A DNA stretch of 64,000 nt from assembly GCA_964247055.1 (NCBI GenBank), contig OZ176052.1, forward strand, positions 5,022,001 through 5,086,000, in the 5' to 3' direction. Shown here piece by piece: positions 53,601 to 64,000 of this stretch. The stretch's first letter is position 1, and every line of letters starts with the position of its first letter. Made by a program: the position numbers and the translations under genes. Source of the DNA: Paragordius varius (lineage: Eukaryota > Animalia > Nematomorpha). The notes under the pieces were generated by a model. That model was not told the DNA's origin, made no database searches, and was given only the letters and a program-made list of their open reading frames with translations.

Positions 53601-56600
53601 CCTTTATTTCCTTTGAGGCCTAGTTTTCCAGGCGGGCCAATGGCACCTTTCGATCCCGGCTTCCCGTTTCTCCCGTTTAAACCTGGCTTCCCATCTTTCC
53701 CGGATTTCCCCCTAAAACCCTAACAGAAAATTTTGTTAAACTAATATTTTACATTGGAACCATCATTTTGGCAGTCAATTAAAATTATGAATTGTATATT
53801 ATTTACAAAATTTATATAACTTTTAATGAATACGACAATATAATAATGCTGGTGATAAAACTGACATCAATATATATATATATATATATTCCTACAAATA
53901 AATAATCTTTGCTTAAAACAAATATTTGATGATGATAATTAAAAACTGGCGGTGGGCGATTTGCAAAAAATTACCTCTATTTAATAATTTTAACGGTATT
54001 CATTTATGAAAAAAATGTTATATCATATACTTTTGGACCCGTTTTTCCTGATGGCCCGAGTTTCCCAGGCTCTCCATCGTGACCATGCTTTCCTCTTCTC
54101 CCTTGCTTGCCTTTTATACCTTTGACACCAATTTTTCCCTGTTGACCAGGCAAACCCTAACATTCGAAAACATTGTTAATGTATACGCAAAACTGTATAA
54201 TCAAAATAAAAAGCAATATTAATTTGCTGATTGTCTAAATCCGTGGTGTCCAAAACAGATATTTTGAGGGCTGCTTTAATAATTTTGGCTTTTTTTTAAT
54301 TTTGGGTCATTTTTGGATGTTAAATTTTATAAATAATCGTAAATTTTTGTATAATTTTAACATTTTTAGAGCAACTTTTGCGTACCAAGCAAAGGGTATC
54401 GGACATCACTCGTCGAAAATATGAACGTTATAAATACTTAAAAACACAAAATCTTTCACAACACTATCTGGAAACCCCAATTCATATATTAACTTCCAAA
54501 ATATACTTTATCCCCTTTCAAACCCATTTGTCCATCTTTTCCGATATGGCCAGGTGAACCACTTTTTCCAGGTTTTCCATTTTTACCGGGTTTACCTGGT
54601 TTTCCTGGCAAACCAGAAGCTCCTACATCTCCCTATTAATGAAGAATAAAAAATAAAAAAAACTTTAATACCGCATATATGTGGTTGCAAAATAGGGTCT
54701 TATTTCAACAACAATCTTGTGTTTAGCGATAATTATATAATAATTATGGACGAATGGAAATTTAAAAACATTTAACTAAATATATAATATTTTTGGGAAT
54801 GAGAATTAGTAAATAATCACCTGCTCATAACTGTGCACACCATTTTTCCCGGGTGTCCCAGCTTTACCAGGCTTTCCGTTAAGGCCAGGTTTTCCATTTA
54901 ACCCATCTCTACCAGGAGTTCCATCTTTACCTGGTAAGCCAATTGATCCCTAAAATAAACGAGGATAAGATTAAATGCTTGTTATTTGAATCGTCATAAA
55001 ATTGTTTCTGTTTTGTAAGATTTTTTACATTAAAATTCGGTATATTGACATTTTATCTGATCCAGTCGTGCTCCAACCACTGACCGGCCGTATGCAGCCC
55101 TAAAAGTGTTTTTTATGGACCTAAATTATTGATTTTTTTATTTGCTTGCTTAGAAATACATGTAAAACTTACTTTTACAATTCGGTTTGATCATCATGTG
55201 CATCTTGTATTGATCCCAATATTGAGAATTATCGCAAGACAATAATAATAAAAGGTACATTTGACAAGATTTGTCAATATGAAAATATAATAAAATCAGT
55301 TAACGTTGTGTTAATCCCTCAATTTATACATGCAAGGCAGAATATTCAAAAATATCATGATTTAGATTGGTCTGTAATGATGTTAAACCAAAAATGTTAA
55401 AAATTATTGATCAATATAAAATGATTTCCATCTAGTTGTTAATTTTATCAAAATATTTTCAACTAAATAAAATAAAATGCCTTTTAGCTGCGATTTAATG
55501 CGACTCACAAAAGTATCAGTAGAGTGTAAAAGTTTGCATAAGTGTCAAACAGCCAAGCATATGTCGGTATTATATAGTGGACGGCTCTTGAGACAAAAAA
55601 ATATTTTATTCAGCCCGTGAAATTTTTTGCTGAACAGCACTCATATAATCTAAGATTTACTTAGTGTCACAAATAAAATTGTATTTAATGATAATTGCCT
55701 TCCACAGATGTTAAATTAAAATTTGTATTTGTCAGCATGTTAGTTGATAAAATTGGTTAATATTATTTGGTAAGTAAACGTTAATATAAATATCATTATA
55801 TAAATTTAAATTTTACCTGAGCCCCCTTGATTCCACGCAATCCCGGTTTCCCATTTTTCCCGGGCCGACCTTTATATCCATCTATTCCTGGTTTGCTTCT
55901 TCCAGGTTTCCCTCGTTTGCCAGGCCGTCCATGTCTCCCGAGATATCCGTCTGGGCATTCTATACACCAACCAAGTTTTCGTTCCTCTGTTAATAGATTA
56001 ATAAAGACATTTACTATGTCTCTCTCACACTGCTGTCATACAACATAAAAAACCTTGAATTTAAAGTTGGTTGATTTAAAATTTTAGTTTTATTAAAATA
56101 TATAACACTGTGTGCAAAAGAATTATAACAAATTTTTTTTCATGAGATATTATGACCAGGGAATTCATTTGCCGCAAACTTTTTCTTTATTGAGAACCTA
56201 GTTTTGAAATATTGAGAGAAAATCAAAATTGGGCAAAAAGTGATTAATAAGGATAATTATGGTTAATTAAAAAAATAATGATAAAACTTGAGGTATATTT
56301 TAGCAGATGTTTACAATTTATAAATAGCCTAAAATCATATAGTTAGGGTTTTTAAAAAACCGATCAATAAATCGCGTTTTTTTACATACTTAAAAGATTA
56401 AAAGTTTTTTATGAAACTATACTAAAATATTTTTTTTAATCATTTACTAGCTAATATTAAAATCTTATCATTCATATTATTCAGTAAAATAACTTAAATA
56501 TCAAAATCAAATTAAAAAATATTGTTTTTATTTTTTCATTTTTTTGTCACCTGGTTTATAAATTTTTAAAAAATTACTGTTTTTTTGGAATCTTACATGA

Positions 56601-57273
56601 GCGGAAATTATAAAGTATGTAAATTAAAACAAATAGGATTTAGAAGTAGAGGAATATCAATCAAAAATCCGTACATATACCAGTAAAAATTTTATTGTGG
56701 TAAAAAAACCTGTTAAAAGGATATGTACGAATTGTTTGTATATATTCTACTACTTTCAAATCTTATTTTGTTAATTTAAGTACTATAATATTCCCGCTCA
56801 TCTAGGATTCCAAAATAAACAATAAATATAATACAATCATAAACCAGATGACAAAAAAATGTAAAATAAAACATATTTTTATTTTTATATATATATATAT
56901 ATATATATTTTTACTGAATAGAATATAAATATTAAATTTTAATAGTGAGTTTAGCTAGTAAATAATTAAATAATATTATATATAATATAGTTCATAAAAA
57001 AAATTTTTGTCCAAGTATATTAAAAGAAAAAGTTGAGTTTTTGATCTGAGCTTAAATAAAAACCCTAACTATATGATTTCAGGCTATTTATATATTGTAA
57101 ATATCTGCTATAATAAACCATAACTCAGGTTTTATCATTATTTTTAAATTCCATAATATTCCTTATTTTGACTTTTTGCTCAATTATTTTCTCTCAATAT
57201 TTCAAAAACTAGGTCGTCAACATTTAAAATTTTTTGCGGCAAAAAAATTCTCTTGAACCCTTTTTGCACACAG

Positions 57274-57304
<31 letters not shown>

Positions 57305-58270
57305 TGTGAATTGTTTACCATATAACAGTTTAAATTCACCCTAAGAAAATCTTATTTTGTGATGATGCCAATTTATATAATCTTTGTTTATTAAGTACAC
57401 ATACTTGCTTTTGGGATATATCCATATCGTTTTCTAATGTTTGACGTAACGGCCGTTGTTGTTTTTGTTGTTTTGGATGTCGTATTTTTACTAGGTACCA
57501 AATGTGGGTCATGATAATAAAAGTGAGAAGAATACTCATCTGATTTTTCATGAGTAGCTTGATCTGTAGCATTTGGTAAAATCAAAAATTTTAGGGCCCT
57601 TTTACTACGTTCTCCATGTTCCTTTTTTAGTTTTTTCAGTTCCAAGTCTATTATTATCGTCTAATAAATAGTCATTTAAAGGTTATACATTTTGAAAATT
57701 TAAATATATAAAAATAAAATATAAAATATAAAAAACTAGGTTAGTTTGTTTAGAATAAGCTATGACTTTAAATAAATACAATATTACATTTTTCCAGTGT
57801 GAAAATGTTTCGTTTAATAACAGTTTGAGTAAGTATACATTGCTAGAAAGCGTTAATTATTGTCAAATAGCATATGCTGCAAAGAGAATTATTATTGGCT
57901 AATAAGAGTAAAAAGTGAAAAAATAACTATAAGACAAAATACTGACTGCCCTTTGATATATATGCTATTTGTCAATAATTAATAACTTTAATGTATAATT
58001 ACTCATACTGTAAATTGTCGCATGTAGGATATTACTTACCTTTAATCTATTCGTCTCTTGAATGTACCAATCAATAAATTGTATGGTATTAACAGCTCTT
58101 GTTTCGAAATCTTTTATATCTTCATTCGAGGTGAATGCAAAAGCAAATATTTTTCTGAACCGTTCTGGGTTCAAATTGAATAAATAAGGGAGGAGAAATT
58201 GGTAAAATATGAAAACTTCCAGCACAAACCCCAACGTAAATCCACAAACTTGAATATAAGAAACTTTCAT
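50642..58270 (-). CDS. Short-chain (spongin/C4-like) collagen with N-terminal hydrophobic segment and interrupted Lys-rich triple helix (14 exons, 976 aa)
   Basis: Exons 58270-58040, 57660-57405, 55986-55817, 54949-54821, 54632-54507, 54156-54031, 53719-53594, 53285-53021, 52796-52681, 52451-52272, 52199-52021, 51906-51827, 51677-51126 and 51036-50642 total 2931 nt and are phase-consistent. Gly-X-Y runs are followed by a C-terminal domain YVHYG..C...LYAG...[12 protein letters not shown]...CTVC...[13 protein letters not shown]...EYLCVD...PCVVCTV. Confidence 0.9.
56151..57258. mobile_element. ~1.1-kb imperfect palindrome (foldback/MULE-like non-autonomous element) in collagen intron 2
   Basis: Matching arm segments: GCCGCAAA..CCTAGTTTTGAAATATTGAGAGAAAAT vs its complement at ~57180-57240; GTCACCTGGTTTAT vs ATAAACCAGATGAC; ATGAGCGG vs CCGCTCAT; CGTACATAT vs ATATGTACG. 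Centre ~56700. Confidence 0.85.
57821..58010. mobile_element. Second copy of the palindromic Tc1-type MITE, in collagen intron 1
   Basis: CAGTTTGAGTAAGTATACATTGCTAGAAAG...TAATTACTCATACTG, homologous to 28612-28790. Confidence 0.8.
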
Positions 58271-61200
58271 TGTTGAGCAAAAATTAAAACAGAAAAAAGT
58301 TCAAATGAAATATCATACCTGGAGAATCACGTATTTAAAAGCGAAATTTTGACCTAATTAAAATACCAATTCATAATTAGTGAACGTCCATCAATGTAGG
58401 TTAGTATGACAATGTTCCCGGCTAAAAATAAAAAGTACACTATTTCACTTAATGAAACAAATACATGCCTTAAAAAAATGAATGGGATAATTTTAAAAAT
58501 TTGGTTACTATAGATACTTTAGAAACCATAAAGTGGGATTTGAGTTTTTAAGTATATAACCGCCAATCAAACATCTTATTGTTTTTTACATATTTTAAGA
58601 AGTTAATGTTAATACTAATCCTAAAAGATACTCTGGTAAACATGTCTGCAATTTAAAAGTATGAGTATCACATTTAATAAACAAGAATTGGAAACTATAA
58701 ATAAAACTCAACCATGGACATTTATAGAACAACTGCGTATTAAGCCTCAAGAGCTGGGAGTATATATGTCTATATACTTAAAAAGTTTGTGGTGTGTAAT
58801 AAAACGACATCTTAAAATCCTATTTCGACTATAGTTTTTAGCAATCTAACATTAAATTAATAAAATGGATTTGGAATACTTTTGGCTATAGTCAATTTAT
58901 TAGCGATATGAGAAATGATTAAAAATATTTATCTATGAGCATTAGAAACTACAAATATTTGATTATAATTAATATCATTTTAATTTAGGAAAATGTAATT
59001 AAATAAAAAAATACCCCAAAAGTACCGGTGTTAAAATATTTAAACCTTTTATAATTCGACACAAATTGGGATAACTGAATCCTTTGGCCACCGTTAAATT
59101 GATTTTAATATTTGATTGCTTAAAACGGTTACATTTTGGGATATTTTCATACCAGAGTTTAAATTTTAAATAAACTATTGCTTTGAAAGTTGTTTTGGTT
59201 GAGATTTAATTACACTAGTCAACAAGGTTTTGCACCACCCCATTTTTTGCATTTTCTGTTAACTAATGCTCTGGAAAGGCCAAAACAAAAAATTTGAAAG
59301 CACCAATTTTTTTAAAAAAAATAATTGTTTATTTTGTATTTAATCTAAAAAACAATTATTCGTGTCTATATGTTCAAATATTTTAACTAATTAGTCGATA
59401 AAAGTGAGATTATAAAGGTAGGAATTTTATTATAATTTTAAAACATAGAAATTTAATGCCATATCATTTAATTTAAATGCATACAATAAATGATTCTATT
59501 TATTAAATATGTATGGATATATATTGAAATAAATGCTGTAATATAAATAATACTTTTAATCATATAACATAAAGAATAGGAGTTTGAGAGTATCCTGTTA
59601 GATTTACATTCTATGAAATTGAGTGTTAACTAAAAACATTTTAATCACTTGATCTCGCTACTATCAATAACAATAAAATAGTTAGTCTTCAAAACTGTAT
59701 TAATTTCATGAGATAAAATAACTCCTTTATTGTTTTTAAATCATATTCATATTCCTTTTTGCGGTATGTTTTAAAATTTACCGTATCCTTTAGATCCTAT
59801 ATCTAATTACAAATATTGCGCATCCTAATATTTTAAAGTAAATAATATATACTAGGTATAATTAACATTTTTTTAAGAATTAACCGAATTGAAAAACCTT
59901 CATAACTCCAAGAAATAACTAAAAACTAACAAAATAAATATAGCTCATCAGCTAGCCGATTGTTTAAACCATAAAATATCTCTTTTGGTATTTTTTTAAT
60001 ATACATATATACGTGAAAATTAGCTTTAAAAACCCTTTTTAATGACCCACCCTAATTTTTAACTTATTTCTATTTAAAAGATAGAGTTTTAAACGCTTTA
60101 TTAAATGACATAAATTTTTTAACATAAAATTTTATTATAAAGTTATATTTAATTTCATGTCTGTCTAATTTGAATTTTGAAAAATTGAACCATATCTAGA
60201 AATTCTGATTGAGCGATCAAATTTTTTTCAGATTCGGTTTTAGAAAACTAAAATTAGTGTAAATTTAAAATTTTAAGTGGTGGGTCTCGAAAAAGTTCAA
60301 ATTTGTAGACTGTTGTCCTGTAAAAAGGTCTATATATACACTATTGAAGTAAACAACTGATTTTAAATAAATAAATTTTAAATGTGTCATAGTAGAATGA
60401 GCTTGAAAGGTATTTATATTTGCATTTTACCAAAGTATTTTATATGCCCATTGGTTAAGCAATTGAAAAAATTTAATATCGAAGATGAGAATTCAATTTT
60501 ATTTTTTTAAAAATTAGAGGCACATTAAAAAGGCTATATTTGTGTATTTAATTCATTACCATTTAACTTTAAATATTTCACCTCGAAGGTTAAGTGTTAA
60601 AAAAGGGAGGTCCTTAAATTCATTTCTCTATTTTAATACTTGAAAAACAATAATTTCAGTCCTTTGATTTAAATTGAGGTCATTTAACAACAAGTTAAAA
60701 TCAAATATTTTCAAAGGTAAAAAATTTGAAACCATTGCAACAGTTTGCACTTAGAGAACACACAGTGTTTAGAATGAAATAAGCTGATAAAATATAAATC
60801 TGATAGGAAAATATATCAGGATTATCATGGTGCTTTTGGTTTTGACCACGAGTGATTTAAAATCATTTACACTTTTGTGCTAAGTGTTCATCAAAAAATG
60901 GCAAAATTTGGGCACTTATAATTTTTATATGTGGGCTCCGAAAGTCCCAAATTTTTGCACTTCTAAAATAAGCTATTTCATAATATAAAACGCTAAAATG
61001 CCAGATTGCGGGTTAAAATTTTATACAAAATTTAATTTATAGCAAAACTTTGATGAAGCAAAGTTCATCCTTTTTGGAGGCATGATGAAAACGGTATAAA
61101 AATGCCAGATTATATAAAAACAGATTATATACTTCAAGATGCTATCACCTCAGAACTTTTATTCGGTTAAACACAAATTAAATTTTTGTAAAAATTCACC

Positions 61201-61300
61201 AAAATTAGTATGCAAACCAACCTTTAATTAAAATTCTGAGATGATAGAAATGTATAGAATCATCCAATTATATAAACGTGTTTTATAATAAAAGCGTTTT

Positions 61301-61560
61301 TATACCGTTTCCATCATGGTTGTACGCTTGAAAAATTGAAATTTTGATAAAAATTATGAAAAAACTTTGCATTTTTTTAAAGTTATTTCAGTTCATATCA
61401 AAATTTGGCAATCACAATTTCCATCGCGCCATCCCGGCATTTTTGGGTTTATTTTAAGGGAACTATCTCATTTTAGAAGAATAATAAATGGGACTTTCGG
61501 AGACAACATCTAAAAAAATAAATTTTTTGAAAATTTTGTTTTGCTTTTTGTATGTAGTTA
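61301..61560 (+). repeat. Dispersed repeat (family C), homologous to ~7560-7800
   Basis: Shared TACCGTTTCCATC..TGTACGCTT and TATCTCATTTTAGAAGA..AATGGGACT motifs. Confidence 0.6.
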
Positions 61561-61994
61561 ATAATATAATTTAGTGATATATTTTGAACTGAAGCCTATA
61601 CCTCTCACCAATAAATTTTTATATTAAAAATGTGCGGAAATTTTGCCATTCATTTATCAAAGGGTCAAAACCAAAAGCACCATGAAAATCCTGATTTTCT
61701 TATCAAATTATATATATTTTATCTGGTTATTTTATTATACCCCCAATTTTGGACGCAGTCTAACAATGCACCGAAATTAAAGAGATATTCAAAAAAACTT
61801 GATAGTTATTATTTTTTGGAATCTGAAGTTAAAAAATAACAATAATACATGTGTGCATTGACTAAAAAATGCAAAATATACCACTTTTTTATATATATTA
61901 ATGTTATTCATGACCTTTTGGTGTAGATATATAATCTGGAGCGATTTGAAATCTAAATATCGGAAAAAGTAAGTCAGGTATTATAAAAATATGT

Positions 61995-62410
61995 TTTCTT
62001 TAGTCTTTAAGGCGCATTCAAAAATATTTAAAAAAATGTAAAATTGTAAAACTTATCTCAAACTTTTCGGCCTTCATGTTTTCTATAAATTTTCTATAAT
62101 TCGCTAATGCAATAGGGAAATGTAAATTATGGTTAAATAATGTAAAAAAAATAAAGCCTTTGCTACATTTTACCAGCAAAAACATTATTGATTTTAAAAA
62201 TGGGCTGTTAATTTCAATCATGTTTCAGGTCTGTCCCATAGACTGAAGAAATCACAAAACTGCAATAATAGAAGCTTTTTTATCTAAAATAGATAACAAT
62301 ATTTGATAATTAATTTTTAACTTAAATAACTTTCAAAACTATAGTAAAAAGTATGCTTTGGTATTTAAAACTACCCAAAAGGTAATCTCGGACAAACAAA
62401 TGAAAGGTAT
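61995..62410 (+). mobile_element. Family B long-TIR repeat arm upstream of ULK
   Basis: TTTTCTTTAGTCTTTAAGGCGC...TTTTACCAGCAAAAAC...GGACAAAC, colinear with 6901-7325. Confidence 0.65.
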
Positions 62411-62817
62411 TTATATTAATTTGCACCCATTTCCATGTTTATATTTCCGACTTTAATCTAAATAATACAAACTATTATAAATATTTTTTAATATTTTGAT
62501 GGATCAATGTAAAAATATTTCAATATATTCCAAATTTTTAAAATTAACAGGATTGAGTTGTAAACTACCAGATTTTGTAGCAAAATACCTTAGATATGAT
62601 TTGATTGTCAACCAAAGTCGATAATTTTTTATATTCTTTTATATAAAATAGGTATTATATATTTTATCGATCAATATAGTGATTCGATTTTCCACATGAC
62701 TAAGAACAAAGGGGAAATTATTTCATCATATTACAAACATTTATTCGTTAATAATTGTTTACAATATGATCTGATTATGTAGTTAGCGTCTAAAAGCAAC
62801 CCTAATATTTTTTATAT

Positions 62818-64000
62818 ATGGAGACAATTGGTGAATTTGAATACAGTAAAAAGGATTTGATAGGTCACGGAGCTTTTGCGGTAGTATTCAAGGGAAAACG
62901 GAAGGTTTATATATTTTTTAATCGACAGAAGGATGATACAATAGTCGCTATCAAATCAATTACAAAAAAGAACTTATCACGATCTCATAGTTTGCTTGGA
63001 AAAGAGATAAAAATTTTAAAAGTAATTTATACCCATTAATATTTAGGAATTATCACAATTGCGCCATGAAAATGTCGTCCAACTACTGGATTGTAAGGTA
63101 ACTATCATTTAGTATAAATAAATATTCATATATTTATATATTATTTTTTTCAGGAAACATCTACTCAAGTATATCTTATTATGGAGGTAAATTTATATAT
63201 ATATTGTAGTATTGTAATGGCGGTGATTTAGCCGATTATTTGCAAAGTATGGAATTAATGATTTTTAGATAAGGGAACCTTGAGTGAAGACACAATTTCA
63301 CTTTTTTTCCGGCAAGTTGGTGAGTTAATTTTTTAATTGTTACAATCAAAAAATAAAATGTTATAAATAATATTTAACTCTATTTTAGCCGCAGCTTTAA
63401 GAGCGTTAAATGCCAAAGGAATTGTCCATAGAGATTTAAAACCTCAAAATATTCTTTTATGTTATCAGCCAGGCTTCCCAAAACATCCTCATTATGCTAT
63501 ACTAAAAATAGGTTTATTTTATTAATATTTGTTTACATTTAATAGATAAATTAAGTTTTGCGAATTCATCTATATGTTGTACAATTTATTTAGTTGATTT
63601 GTACATTTATTTAATTACTCAAGCAGTAATAAATTAATATTAATTTTTTATGCTTTGTAAATCATCAATAATATCGGTCATGATAACTGTTATTTTAATT
63701 AATTAATTTCACTTTTTAGCCGATTTTGGTTTCGCCCGATTTTTACATGATGGCGTTATGGCTGCGACACTCTGTGGTTCACCCATGTACATGGTAACTC
63801 TCATATATGATATTGATTTTTGAATAAAAAAATCATAATTCTAGAGATTTTTTGGATTTCTTAGATAGTTATTTAATAAATATATAAATTTTTTCGATGA
63901 ATAGTCTAAATTAAGACAATGTTATTTATTTGTAAATTTTAAGGCTCCCGAAGTAATAATGTCTTTACAATATGACGCAAAAGCCGATTTGTGGAGCATT
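62818..64000 (+). CDS. ULK1/2: Serine/threonine kinase ULK1/2 (Atg1/unc-51), 5' partial, runs off the window
   Basis: Exons 62818-62904, 62929-63021, 63047-63097, 63154-63186, 63210-63246, 63269-63319, 63389-63511, 63720-63793 and 63944-64000. Motifs: [97 protein letters not shown]. Confidence 0.97.

Noticed and set aside
58300-62800. Additional gene between the collagen and ULK starts
   Set aside because: Only short motif-less ORFs and dispersed or inverted repeats; no exon chain could be built.

Overview
This is a very AT-rich eukaryotic (invertebrate animal) window containing seven intron-containing genes that I reconstructed by hand from GT-AG boundaries and protein motifs. The genes are DIMT1 (-), FIP1L1 (+), a greatly extended coronin (-), an EGFL7/8 homologue (-), glutamine synthetase (-), a spongin/short-chain-C4-type collagen with an N-terminal hydrophobic anchor (-), and the 5' part of ULK1/2 (Atg1/unc-51, +). 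The most striking property is a bimodal intron set: at least 11 canonical introns of only 22-29 nt, next to long introns filled with transposon debris. That debris includes RTE LINEs, an inverted pair of Penelope-like fragments, hAT and Tc1-type MITEs, a hAT transposase fossil and long foldback palindromes. Bases 1-6170 are a 42-bp minisatellite whose minus strand reads as (MKKGETIEETVEED)n; it is largely open in its right part and stop-riddled with higher-order duplications in its left part. Other notable points are 39 nt between the DIMT1 and FIP1L1 start codons, a 13-nt micro-exon, and two 24-nt duplications that create new in-frame splice options. No rRNA, tRNA or CRISPR array was recognised. 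Species identity cannot be fixed from sequence alone; introns this small are known from dicyemid mesozoans, but that assignment is only an inference. All gene models are manual and unverified by transcripts.
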